The notes below the pieces were generated by a model that searched no databases, was not told the origin of the DNA, and saw only the letters and a list, made by a program, of their open reading frames with translations. DNA of 56,792 nucleotides, from positions 57,960,949 through 58,017,740 of the forward strand of contig NC_068989.1 of the NCBI RefSeq assembly GCF_001194135.2, read 5' to 3'. The stretch is from Octopus bimaculoides (taxonomy: Eukaryota). This document shows positions 1 to 14,082 of this stretch, in pieces. Each line of letters starts with the position of its first letter. Position 1 is the first letter of the stretch. Both the position numbers and the translations under genes were made by a program.

Positions 1-366
1 TATATATATATATATACGAAACGCCTGTGTTAGAATGGGGGCAGCTGATGAAGGAAAATGTTCTCTATGTGGCCTGTGTGTTTTCTGTACTCTGGTTATT
101 ATTATTATTTTTTTGTCTACGTTTTGTTCGCAACGTCCTGTACCCAGATATGCACCTATATATGCAGGTAGATGTAGGTATGCACATACTTGAACGTATA
201 TATGCATATACTCATTTATTATATATATATATATATTACAAATTAAAAGGGTAAAGGATTATCGCAGAGATGCTATCTGTGGAATTCTCAGCGTTTTTAG
301 CTGCTATTTCTGAACTTCGGTATATGGTGAAGCAAATATTTGCTGATCCCTTAATTATGTTTATAA

Positions 367-405
<39 letters not shown>

Positions 406-658
406 ATTCGGCTGTCAAGCTATATTAGTGACACAAGACCCGAGAGCTTCATTCAGTGTGTTTAGTCTGCACGAAATTTTCCATTCGTGAATCTCTTTTA
501 AGTAACTTTGCATCCGAGTAAAAGATATTATACTATTATGTATTGAGTTGTTTTCCTTTTGTTAGTTTCAATATACACACATGTTCTTTTAAACACACGG
601 TTATAGAACGAACGAGGAAAAATATTACTCATTGCCATAAAAGAGTTTATTAGTTTAC

Positions 659-741
659 ATGTTTAAGTTGATCCAGATGCCTGTTATTTTAGAGTTACCA
701 CATTCTTTGCTGGTTCCACAGCCAGAAATTGAGTGGATCTT
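659..741 (+). other. Candidate first exon of LDHD (5'UTR or coding, unresolved)
   Basis: Strong GTAAGT donor at 742, followed by a relatively CpG-rich stretch (about 780-1300). ATG at 659 gives MFKLIQMPVILELPHSLLVPQPEIEWI, but it ends in phase 2 whereas the exon at 6114 starts in phase 0. Confidence 0.3.
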
Positions 742-1300
742 GTAAGTTTTCCACTATATACACATCTAACCACACTCTTCGTTTCTTCTGCGAGTTGCTC
801 AGTGTAGAGTTTTCTGGTGAGCAAAACGATATTTTGTTTTCTAAATCAGTGGGTTATCGGGTGCCTTTCTATTTTGAGTCGGCTGAATGGTTTCTGCTCG
901 TCTAAAGTGCTCTACCGGCCCTTAGTTGTTCGAAGTTTGAAGTAGTTTATAACAACCCCTTGATGAAGTACTCAATACTATGGTAGTGTCATAGTTTATT
1001 TAGATCGACCCAGTAACATTGTGTGTGTTTGTGTGTCTGTAGCCTGACGTAAACAGGGTTACATTTCTAAAGACAATTTGGCGATCTTACGATACCAGTG
1101 CCAAAGATCGTCGACAATTTTCTTCGCTTGGCTTTCTGGTCACCTGTACAAGCAATATGTAGGGTCCACCAAAAATTTGGGAGAACGAAACTATTCTTTT
1201 GGAAATATTAACTTGTATGCGAAGAACCATATACCAGAGTTTGCACATTTTAAAACATTGTTTGGATAAGCCTTTGTAAGATCTTCTATCGCGCGCACTT

Positions 1301-1347
<47 letters not shown>

Positions 1348-2114
1348 CGAAGGGATCTTCTAAAAATGATGAAACGAAAGGTTTCACAGATGCTGTTCCA
1401 TAAATAAATATACATGTTCACTTGTGGAGTTATATTTTATACCTGGGAGGTTCTTAGGAACCTATGATAGGGAATGTGTGGTATCTGTGATGGAAGAAAT
1501 ATTGGTTTCAAATTATGGCACAAGGCCAGCAATTTCGGGGGAGAGAGTAAGTTGATTATATCAACCCCAGTGCTCAACTGGTACTTATTTTATTGACCCC
1601 GAAAGGATGAAAGTCAAAGTTGACCTCGGCAGAATTTGAACTCAGAACACAAGGATGTACAAAATGCTGCTAAGCATTTTGCTTGGCATACTTACAATCC
1701 TGCCAGCTCGTTGCCTTATGTGTTGGAAGAAATATTCCTAAGGGAAAGGGGAAGGAATTTTTTGAAAAACCCCTCTGAGGTTACTATGATTAACAGAAAC
1801 AACATTGCATACAATTTTGGCAATGAGTTCACAGTATTAATCGGACATTGTAGATGTCAATGGTTTCAAGATAGTTTAAAGTGATCCTGAGGGCTATGGT
1901 GTGAAATCTTGCTTGCATCTCTAATTTCATTTCTGTTTAAATGCTATTTTTACTATTCTCCACATGAGAACCAATATATTGACATTCATTACCTTTTCTT
2001 TTTATCTTATCAAACAACTATTTAGGCACTGGCATACTTTTCACCTGGCCTGCTTGCATTAATGATTATTGCTACCTACCTTGAATTTAATGTACATTCA
2101 ACTATTCATAGTTA

Positions 2115-2410
2115 AGGTGTGTGGCTTAGTGGTTAGGGTATTCAGTTCACGGTCGTAAGGTTATGAGTTTGATCCACAGCAGCACGTTGTGTCCTTGAGC
2201 AAGACACTTTATTTCACATTGCTCCAGTCCACTCAGTTGGCAAAAATGAGTAGCTATGTCATATTCTGTCATGTTGAATCTCCCTTAGAACTACATTAAG
2301 GGTACACATATCTGTGGAATGCTCAGCCACTTCCATGTTAATTTCAAGAGTAGGCTGTTCTGTTGATCAAATCAACTAGAACTCTCATTGTGACTGAGTG
2401 CCAACTATTT
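2115..2410 (+). mobile_element. SINE: tRNA head + CORE-like segment + family B tail
   Basis: gtgtccttgagcaagacacttt...aaaaatgagta followed by the tail of 34548-34700. Confidence 0.75.
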
Positions 2411-3789
2411 ATAAGCCTTAGTCAATCATGATGAATTTTTTTACTCTATTTCTCATTCTTGTTTTTTAGCATAAAAAGTGTTACATTTATAGCATTTTTG
2501 AATGGCAAACTTTAATACCATTTAGGTCAGTGAAGTTGTCCAGTCCAATATAATACCAAACTATTGTCTATATGTATTTAAGTATCTCACCTTATGCAAA
2601 CTTCACCTGGTTGACTGTCAGCTTTCAATCCATCAGGATCAACCTTTTTTGTCACCATGTTTGTGTTGAAATATACTAGTTTTTCAATTAATTTTGAAAA
2701 TAATGATTTTAGTTAAATAATTTTGGCTGTTATTAAGCTGGTGTTTGGACTATAAATTGATTTCAAATTTTGGCAAGTTGACCTTGGTGGAAATTGAACT
2801 GGTGTACTAATGATTGTGCCAGCTCGCTGTCAGTTTGGAACATAAATTAACATGAAACTTTGATGGATGGTTTTAATTTAGCCCACTTTGAAGCAAGAAT
2901 TCTGTATCATGGAATCAAGAGCAGTTTCTGGTATGTTGATGTTAAAAGGGTTATCCTTTTGATACCGACCTCCAGTTGAATTAATTCAGTTGATTATAGT
3001 CACTCTGCCTGGCAAAATTGGCTCTTTACCCAGTCTAAAGAATTCTGTGCTTTATTGTCTGTTTGTACAAGTGAGAATTGCTGGTAATAACATGTCAATA
3101 GTGTTTGCTATTTTTACACCAGTCATCAGTGCTGTTAATGTTCTAGCTGAGACATTTACTTCTTAAACTTTTAGCATTTAAACTGGCCATATCTGGCCTA
3201 AATATTCTATCTGTTTTATGTTCAAACCAGACACACCTGGTCCCTCACATCTATCCTACCTTGTTCTAAAAATAAACAATAACATCAGTAAAATCTCACA
3301 ACTAAAGATAATGCATGATTAATTAAAAAAACTGAAATCTGAATGCTAGAGCGTTAATGGCTTGAATTTGTACCCATAATATAAAGCTAAAGCCCTTTGT
3401 AATCCTCCAGCATCTCAGGGGGTTTATACATAGTGGTGAGTTGCCAAAATTTTAACTACCAGTTACTTAGCTTCAAACAATAATTACTAACCTTCAAACA
3501 CAAGTTTTATATAAGAAAAGCTTTGAATTTGCTTCATTGATATGTTAAAAATAAAGTAAAATCTGGAATCTGAGGAAGCTAGTGATGGTTATTGTTGGTG
3601 AAAATCAGTTGAGAGAGATTGCCAAGCAAGTGAAGTAGAGTTAGTTTAGAAGTTAAGGAAGAGAACTGATGAAGGAGACGAGTTATAAAGGAAGGTAGAT
3701 ACACTCCTCAAACAACTACAAAAAGGTACAATTAAGGTGAAAAGCTAAAGTTTTGTGGAGATAAGGGGAAAGAGAGTTAGAGAGCTTCT

Positions 3790-4023
3790 TCTTTCTTTAT
3801 TGCCCACAAGGGGCTAAACATAGAGGGGACAAACAAGGACAGACAAAGGGATTAAGTCAATTACATCGACGCCAGTGCATAACTGGTACTTAATTTATCA
3901 ACCCCGAAAGGACGAAAGGCAAAGTTGACCTCGGCGGAATTTGAACTCAGAACGTAACGGCAGACGACATACCACTAAGCATTTCGCCCAGCGTGCTAAC
4001 GTTTCTGCCAGCTCGCCGCCTTT
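3790..4023 (-). mobile_element. tRNA-derived SINE family A, tail type 1, full length
   Basis: B box GAGTTCAAATTCC; 17-bp TSD agagttagagagcttct at 3773-3789 and 4024-4040. Confidence 0.92.
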
Positions 4024-5333
4024 AGAGTTAGAGAGCTTCTACACATCAATCACAAATAGAATTAACATTACAATGACTAGCTAAAGTATTGATAGCAAGA
4101 TGGAAGAGTAACAGTATAAAGGCAGAGGCAAAATGGTTGAATGTGTGAGTGGGAATATATATATGTATACATAAATGTAAGATTCAGGGATCGAGGTGTA
4201 GGAAGAAAGTTAGCTCAAGCAATCTGTAGTAAATATAAAAAAACAACTTTCAGGGACAATAGTGGTTTATTGAGACAGAAGGTTGTGGATATTTTGCGTA
4301 TTGAAATACGATAAGCTGAAAAAAAGTTCTTTTTATCTTTCATGGTTGGCGACCAGGGTTGCCGGGTATGCAAAAAAGAATACAAGAGTTACAGAATGGA
4401 GTAGATAAGATCCGGGTTACCTATGTTTCATAGCGAGCGGAAACTCAGAAGTGGTAAATATCCAAGTGAGGTGCATACCACAGGCTACTCTTCAGGCCAA
4501 GGATATCTTGATTTATGATATATAGACACACACATATACATACATATATGCAGCTACATACAGATATAACACACACACACACACACTTGCACACTGAAGT
4601 AGATTTACTTACTTTATGATTGCAAATTGTATTTTGCAAATCTTCTGAATTTAATATTAAATCAGAAAATAATTTTATGCAGCAACCACAATGATTAACT
4701 TTCACTTCAAAACTACAAAGGTCAACTCTGTCTCCACCGTTTGGATGGGTCTTGTGATTTGACTTAGTATTATGAATTGCATCATTATTTTCCTGAGTAG
4801 GTTTGATTTTTTCCTGCAAAAATTTACTGACAAGTTGTCACATTTAAAGAGCTATTAACAGCCAGTTCCCATAAACCAGATGTAGTTCACCATAATTTAT
4901 TCAACATTATCTTTTATTTTTGAACAATTTTATCTTTTACTTGTTTTTTTTTCATTACACTGTATCCATGCTGGGGCACTGCCTTGAAGAATTCTTTTGT
5001 CAAAAGAATTGACGCAAGTACTTATTTTTGTTTTTAAGCCTGGTACTTATTCTATCAGTCTATTTTGCCAAACCACTAAGTTATAGGGACATAAACATAC
5101 AAAGTTGTCCAGGAAGACCCAAGCAAATACTGACAAATCGTAGCTGCAGCAATGTGCTGTGACAGCATGATTTTTATGGATGTTTGGCTTCTCTTTCTAG
5201 CTAGTTGAACAGCTGGATAGAGGTTCCTTGTTGGTTCAGACTGTTGACTATTTGTTGTTAGGTGCAGTGTGGCAAGCAGATCAGAATACACTATGAATTC
5301 ACTAATTTAGCTTCATTTCACATCACATTTACC

Positions 5334-5366
<33 letters not shown>

Positions 5367-6113
5367 TATTATTATTATTATTATAAAATAAAAAGCTGCT
5401 CTGATGCAATTGGAAGTGTTATTATGTACACATTTTGTCTTGGTGTAAAAGATGGGCTAAAGCAAATATTCTGCTCAATACCACAGATTTGCTTGTTAGT
5501 TGCTTGATCTTAACCAGTTGAGCATGTCCCTTGGTGGCTGATGATATGTGCATGTCTGAGCTGGAGTAGTGCGTAAGCATCATAGCCATGTGTTAAGAGG
5601 ACTTTTTTGGCATTTAAATAATTCACCTCTAGAAACATGAGTGTTTCATTCATCATCCTGAAACAAACCTTATTCAGAGACCTTTTGTGTGGGATAAGCT
5701 GCTTGACTTGAAGATAATTCTGGGTGTGAAGAAGTATTTCTGAAATGACGGGTGCTGCAGTGTTTTTTTAATTTTATAAGCATGATGATGAGTGGTAGAG
5801 GTACTGAATTCAAAAAGGTAGCTAAAATTGTTGGGTGGATAATCTTGTGGGCTTCTATCAAATTAGCTGTTAGATGTCAAAACTTTCATGTGTTGGTGTT
5901 GAAAGAAGCAACACCTTCAAGACATGCAGATGTATTTGAAATTGAAGATTAGTCAGCTGTGGTTTTGATCTTACTCAAGATGTCTGCATACATCAATATA
6001 ATAGTTAATGATTCCCAAACTTTCTGTTTGAAATTTTTGGTTTTATATTGAAAGACAGTAAACTTTATTGTATTGTGCTATGACATCTTTCAAAATGGTT
6101 GTATTTTTCTCAG

Positions 6114-6241
6114 GTACCTAACAGTCAAAAACAGCTACCAGACAGTGTTGTGGAAGATCTTCGCTCTATAGTTGGCAAAGAAAATGTGAGCGTATCACTT
6201 GCTGTTCGAGAACAACATGGACACGATGAATCTTACCATAA
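6114..6241 (+). CDS. LDHD: LDHD exon ([42 protein letters not shown])
   Basis: ttttctcag acceptor, GTAAG donor, 128 nt; VREQHGxDES motif. Confidence 0.93.
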
Positions 6242-9200
6242 GTAAGATTTCTAAAGTTCTACTTCTGATATATTTATAAGAATCATTGCTCTTTAGAAAA
6301 AGTTTTTTTTTTCAAAAGGTAATCTTGTTGTCCAACTTAATGTAGAGGTTGTATTAGAACACAGAATACTGCATTATTTACCTTGAGAACGTCTCTCATA
6401 TGGATTCATGGTGCATAGAAGCACTGTTATATCATTGGCAGACGAGAATCATCTGCTATGGTTTTCCGAATTGTCAGGTTACATGTGGCTGTTATGTTGC
6501 TGTTGGACATCTGTCACTGAGGAACTCATAGGAGGGTGAAACCACATGATCTGGCAGTCCCAGCAGCCATAGCTGGTGATTCTCATCCGTCAACGATATA
6601 ACAGTGCTTTTATGCACTATGAGTCCTTATGAGAGGTTCTCTCAAGACGAATAACGCAGTATTCTGTGTTCTAACACAACCTCCACATTAAGTTGGAGAT
6701 CTAAGTTACTTTTTGGTATTAATACCGCTTCTGCCACTATTAATTATTTCTTTCTTTCATTTACTGTTTATATGTAACCTTTTACTGAGTGAACTCCTTT
6801 ACTTCATAACACTACTTTAGAGAACTTGAAAAGCTTAGACATCGCTCCTCTTATTCAGAATGAGAAATAAACATAACATGGTTGCTTTTTCACTTTTTAG
6901 ACTCTTCATAATTAGGGGTACACAATTTAGACTCTTTATGATTTAGAGTACACAGCTTTTTTGTTTTGAAAGTAAATGACAGAAGAATATACTTATAGAT
7001 CCATTTATCACTCATAGGCTTTATTTAACTCTTTAGACTGGAGATGGGGGATGGTTAACTAAGTTAATGTTTTATGTCAATAGTATGAATTTGAACTGTG
7101 ATTAACCAGTGGTTGGAGTTTTCTGTGGATTTGTTTGTCTTGTTGATACATAATTATAGCTTGGTAATGCAGCTGAATTGTATAAATGTTTACCTTTATC
7201 TTACAACAGGTGCTTTCCCCCGGATGTAGTTACATTTGCTAATAGTACAAAAGAGGTCAGTGCTATTGCCAAATATTGTAATGACCAACGAATACCTCTC
7301 ATACCTTTTGGTTCTGGAACTGGCCTGGAAGGTGGAGTAACTGCCACAGTGGTGTGTATTATCTTTCTCTATCATCTATCTGATTGTCTCTCTCTGTTAT
7401 ATTACCATCATAATTAGATTGTTGAAAAATTTCTAATTTTGGTAACTATTTCAATATCATTACTTTTGTGTCTGCTTTTCCATGCTGATATGGGTTGAAT
7501 AGATCATTTTCAGCACACTTTCTCTCCATTTGCCACAGTTCATCATGTGTTTTGTGGGTCTTAGTATCTTCAGATTAGTCCTCGCCACATCTTGTTTAGT
7601 CTTCTACAGGCTTCTACCTGAATTATTTAGTGCATCTTCACCTGTCATTTCATGTATATCACATGTCCAAACTAGCAAAGTCTTCCTTGTTCATGCACAC
7701 TGTCGTTACCCATTTAGTCAAACATGGTCAATTCATTTGCTTCTAGCCTTTACATATCCTCCACATCATCACCCATGTTTTGTTACTATGCAATATTGTA
7801 CTCTATCCATAAAAAGCATCATACATTCTGCTTCTCATTCAAAAGAAGAACCCCTTTGTTGCCAGCATATGTAATAACTCCCTGAACGCCTTTGTCCAAT
7901 CCTCCATACTATAAATATAATAGCTCCCTGAAATTTGTCACCTGTTCCTGTTATGCTTTCATAACCCTAGAGTCCTGTTGAAGTAATTCTCTTAGTCAAA
8001 AAATAAGTGTAGTGTGCAAGAGAGACCACTGTACTGGTATGGCCATGTGATGCATATGGATGAGGACAGCTGTATAAAGAAGTGCCAATCTTTAACTGAA
8101 GAGAACTTGTGGAAGAGGTAGACTCAGGAAGACATGGGACAAGGTGGTGAAGCATGATCTTTGAATGTTGGGACTCACACAGCCAATGACAAGTGATCGA
8201 GACCTTTGGCAGTATGCTGTACTTGAGAAGACTTGTTAAGCCAAATGAAATCGTAGTTGTGCCGATGCTGGGGTCATGTAACTGGCACCCATGCTGGTGG
8301 CACGTAAAAGCACCCATGCCAGTGACATGTAGAAAGCACCCATTACACTCTTGGAAGGGCATCCAATCATAGAAACCATGCCAAATCAGACTGTAACTTG
8401 ATGCAGCTCTCTGGCTTACCAGTTCCAGTCAAACTGTCTAACCTATGCCAGCATGGAAAGCAGATGTTAAATGATGATGATGTTTGTTCATGGCTAAAAA
8501 CTTCACTTATAGTTGCTTCATTTGTAATGGTTCCATGTACTGGTACAAGCCCAAACTGCATCCCATCCAAATTGGTTTGTAGGAAAGTGGTTATACACCA
8601 TTAGGTGTACACCCGCTTCCGTACATTAAACTTCTTGAAGAAACAACGGAACGCAGATTCTGAACTATCAACACAACAATATTTATTTACAGAGGAAATA
8701 GGCAGCACTTCGCCCTTTTGTTGCTGAGATGCCGTCAATGATGTTGATGGTTATTTGTCTAGCTCCAGAGTTGGAATGTTGGAAAGAGCTGTCTCCAGAG
8801 TTGGAATGTTGGAGAGAGACTGCTTGTACGTCTGAGCTCTTCGCCGGCCGGCGAGAAAGAGAATGAAAAAAGGGCGCGAAGCTTGGGTGTCGAATGACCA
8901 CGCATGTGCACGAGACTCTTCCTGTATTCCTTCCGGAACTAGTCCCTGCGCATGCGTGGATAAGCTTTCTGGAATGTCTGCTATTAAGGCATCACTACAG
9001 GTTCTTTCCCTAATAAACTTTGTTACTTTTGTGCCTTGGTCAGTCAATGGTTACTACTTTGTTCTTACATTCATAGTAGTTCATGATGCCACTGTTATAT
9101 CAGTTATTAGTGGGGCATAACACATCACAGCATCACCTCATAGGGTGAAGAATACTGTCCTAGAACCGTGACTGCCTCTTTTTGGCTGAGAATGAAGGAC

Positions 9201-12200
9201 TCCAACCAGTTAAAAAGATTATCTTTCACACTCATTGCAGAGAGTTTTGCCATAAGTCTTTTGTGTGGTACAGAATTAAAAGCTTTAGCAAAGTTAAGGT
9301 AAACAACATCCACCTTGAGCTGCCATCAGTGACCTGGGTGATATCTTCAAGAAACATGACAAGTTGATCACAGCAGCTGGAGTTAGGGATAAATCCAAAT
9401 TGCGAGGGCCAGTGTTCCATATTTTTTTAATATTCTGAATCAACAAAGTAGCTTCAAACTTCTGAAAATACCAGCCAAATCTCCCTTAAATCTCACCACT
9501 GCCACCATCATTGTCATTTTAATGTCCACTTTTCCATGTTCATTTGGATTGGACAGAGTTTACTGAAGCAGATTTTCTGTGGCCAGATGCTCTTACCTGT
9601 TTCCAAGCTAGGTAATATTTTCACCATGGTCAAACATGTTTTCACAGAATACTAGAAATAAATGACAATCATTTACAACAATCATGCAATGTCAAGATAA
9701 GGAGTTACAAATATACACACTCAATCACTTACTCATACACACACACACACACACATGCACACAAACACACGCGTGCGCGCATACACACACACAATGGGTT
9801 TCTTTTAATTTTTGTCTATCAAATCTATTCACAAGCCTTTAGTCAACCCAGAGCTATAGCAGAAAACTCTTGTCCAAGGCACTATGCAGTAGGATTGAAC
9901 CTGGAACCATGTGGTTGGGAAGCAAATTTCATAACTATACAGCATGCCTCCACCAATCATTTCTTACAAAAAAAAGAAAGACAAGTGCAGATTAGATATT
10001 GTACTATTGTGTTTGAAAAAAAAAAAAAATGACAGTATGGTAACAGCTATAAAGCTTTTTTTTATAGGTTAGCTTTATCAGAATGTAACTGGAGCTAAAC
10101 AACGTGAACAACAGTAAACTGTTATTGTTGATTGTAAGAAAATATGCAAATTATGGGGAAACAATTTCACCAATGTAAGTCCATTAGTGTTAAAATTATT
10201 ATGTCTTGAATCATTATTGATTTTACCAAACCTGTTTATAAATTTCGATTCCTGATTTTGTCATAGTTGTATGAGTAGAGTCTGAAGCATTAACTTAGGT
10301 AGAGTTTTGTTTGGTGTGTACCCATTTCCCTTTTCATTACTTAGCCAGCAGAAATGTTTGACCTGATATCAGCCAAAATATTTAACAAGTAAAAAACAAA
10401 AGTAAATTTTTCTCAACATATGTAGTTAGTAATTGAATGTATTTTGCACTACTATTATATATTAACACATATCTACTAGAAATTCAGAAATTGTGATGGT
10501 ATGTACTTATATGTGTATCTTTGTTTGAACATATTCTTTAAAACACTCTGTGGGATTTTTTTATATTTTTTGTGTGTAACCCATAACTCACTATCTATGC
10601 TAACATGTTGAATACAGAACAAGATTGTGTATTTAATAAATAAAACAATTGTCAAAATAAATTTGCCTGAAAAAAAAAGTGTAATTTTTATTTTACTTTG
10701 TAAGCAACGATTAAAATTTTAACTGTCTGACTTCAATAATTTCTAAGACAGTAAAGCAGGTAGTTGACATAATTAGGTAAACAAATATGACAGTGACACA
10801 TAATTTATTTGTTGTATATACTGAATCGTGATAGGGATGATGTAAATGGTACATGACACGTGACCTCACTAGTGCCAGGTGCCATGGAAAAGCTCTCAGA
10901 ACACTCTGTGAAGTGGCTGGCATTAGGAAGAACATCAAGCCATAGAAATCATGCCTAAGTATACGTTGCAGGTTAATGCACACTCCTTGCATATATCCTG
11001 TTGAACCTTCCCACCCATAACAGCATGGGAAATGGATGTTAAATGATGATGATGCAATTGGTTTTAAATCTTGGCACAAGGCCAGCAAGTTGCAGGGTAG
11101 GGGTTAAGTTGATTACATTGACCCCAGTGCTCAACTGGTACTTATTTTATCGACCCTGAAAGGATGAAAGACAGAGTTGACTCTAGTGGAATTTGAACTC
11201 AGAAAGTAAAGATGGGTGAAATGCCACTAAGCATTCTGCCTAGTGCACTAATGATTCTGCTAGCTCACCGCCTTTGATGATGATGTAATTGAAACACAGC
11301 TAACTCTTCCTCTCTCTACCTATTAAACCCTCTCTAAGTAATTCATATCTCCTACTTCTTCTTGTACTAATCTTCTTTCTGATGTAATGAAATACAAAAT
11401 GCATGAAATTGTCTTCTGTCTGTTATATTACTGTCTTACAATATGTATCCTTATATAAGATAATGTGCATGTATATCAGCTAGTCTCAGTGTTCGGCAAA
11501 GGAGCTACTTCTGTTTGGCCACTCAACTTTATAAGAAGTCCTCTTTGTCTCTTTGAATCATTTATTATAATGCTCAGCTGATTTGTGCTTTTCTGTTTTC
11601 TTGCTCATTTCAGGGTGGTGTGTGTGTAGACTTGAGTAAAATGACAGAAATCTTTGATCTACACCAAGAGGACTTTGATGTAACAGTTGAGTGTGGAGTT
11701 ACTCGTAGAACATTAAACTCTCACCTAAGAGATACTGGGCTTTGGTTCCCTATTGGTTTGTAAAATTTCACTGAGTATTTCAATTCATGTTGCTAGTTTA
11801 ATGAGAAAAAATTGCTACATTTCATTAATTATCATCATATTTCAATAATAATAATAATAATAATAATAATAATCCTTTCTACTTAAGGCACAAGGCCTGA
11901 AATTTTGTGGGAGGGGACCAATCGATTACATTGATACCAGTGCTCAACTGGAACTTATTTTATTGACCCTGAAAAGGCAAAATCAACCTTGATTGAATTT
12001 AAACTCATCACGTAAACATGAACGAAATACCACTAAGCATTTTGAATAGTAATAATAATGAAGTTAAAATGAAAAGAATGGTTCTCAGTTTTATGTAGAA
12101 AAAAAATTTTTAAACTAAACTGGAGAATGGTTGTGGTACTTTTTAATGATTGTTTATTAAACGACTATTTCACTATGTATATTTGGGTATTGGCATGAGT

Positions 12201-13350
12201 TATTAGAGCAAGTAGTTTACAGGGCATCAAAATGCCTTTGCAGAAGGGCTCAGCCCAACATATCAGAATCACCGCACTAAACAACACATAAACATCTCCA
12301 CAAAATAGTGCAAATATTTTGATTAATAACTCGATAGCTCTCAGAAATCTGGGAAGAGATTTTCACAATATGATGGCATGCCTTGAACATTACAACTACT
12401 TATGGACATCAGACTAACCTTCAAGAGTTCATATTAGAATTTAAGCTCATCATTTGAAACTAACAAATTTTCCTTTTGTATAGTTATTTTACAGTTATGA
12501 ATTTTATAGATTGATTTTGTCTAATCAAACTAGTCAACTGATTGGTATCTTACATTAGCTGGAATATAAATCTATTCTTAAAATGGCTATTGAAATTTAT
12601 TTTATTTTGAATATAGTGGATGTTGTAAAGTTCTTGGCTTTGAGTAAAAGAAAATACAAGAGGATTAGTTAATTATGATTTTATTCAACATATTCCCTCC
12701 CAGAATAAGTGTGTGAATACTTATTGCAGCATTCCTTCAGTTTTCCTAAGCGCTGTAAAAGAACTCGGAAGGTTGGGCCTCCAACCAGGCCTTCCGCCAT
12801 ACCCTTGAAACTAGGAACTATTCAGTTATCCCTCATGATTATTTTTGTTATTGAATTCACTAATAAATACTTTTACATCATACATTTTGTTTTCAGATCC
12901 TGGTGCTGATGCATCCTTGTGTGGAATGTGTGCTACAAGTGCTTCTGGTACAAATGCTGTCCGTTATGGTACCATGAGAGAGAATGTCCTGAACTTGGAA
13001 GTGGTCTTAGCTGATGGCCGAATCATCAATACAGCTGGGAAAAACAGACATATGAAGTATGAAATGTTTGTCATTTACAGTTATGTGAATCTAGTCCACT
13101 GTTTGTAGATAATTATTATTATTATTTATTGTTATTCTGAGATGACAGAATCATTAGCACACTGGACAAAATGCTTAGTGGTATTTCATCCATCTTTATG
13201 TTCTGAGTTCAATTTCTGCCAAAGTCAACTTTGCCTTTTATCCTTTTGGGGGTTGATGAAATAAGTACCAGTGGTGCACTGGGGTTGATGCAATTGGCTA
13301 GCTCCCCCAACTCCTAAAAAGTTTCAGGCCTTGTGTCTATTGTAGAAAGG

Positions 13351-13395
<45 letters not shown>

Positions 13396-14051
13396 GTTGT
13401 TGTTGTTGTTGTTATTTATTATTAAGGTGGCAAGCTGGCCGAAATGTTATCATGCTGGGCAAATGCTTAGCAGCATTTTGTTTGTCTTTATACATTCTGA
13501 GTTCAAATTCCACCGAGGATGACTTTGCATTTCACCCTTTCAGGTTCAATAAATTAAGTACCAGTTAGATACTGGGGTTGACACAATTGACTAACCCCCA
13601 CCTCTTAAAAATTTTCAGGCCTTGTGCCTATAGTAGAAAAGATTATTATTATTAAGGTAGTGAAGCAGCAGAATTGTTAGCATGCTGAGATAAAATGCAT
13701 CTGTTTTTACGTTCTGGGTTGAAATTCTGCTGAGGTCAACTTTGTCTTTCATTCTTTCAGAGTTGATGAATTAAATACCAGTGAAACACTGGAGTCATGG
13801 AATCGACTAGTTCCCTCCCCCAAATTTCACGTCTTGTGCCTATAGTGGAAAGGATTATTATTGTCATTATTTCACATTATTTACATTATTTACATTTGAC
13901 GGATATTCGTCCTCATCTTGTTTGTTGTTAACACAACGTTTCGGCTGATATACCCTCCAGCCTTCGTCAGGTGTCTTGGGGAAATTTCGAACCTGGGTTC
14001 TCTTTCCTATCGATGTTACTATTATTATTATTTTTATTATTATTATTATTA

Positions 14052-14082
<31 letters not shown>

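Noticed and set aside
44-110. CTGATGAAGGAAAA as another hammerhead
   Set aside because: No stem II followed by GAAA and no stem I partner found.
1078-1269. YVGSTKNLGER resembles the second half of a GIY-YIG motif
   Set aside because: No properly spaced GIY half, no downstream conserved Glu/His, no RT nearby; a short match is compatible with chance.
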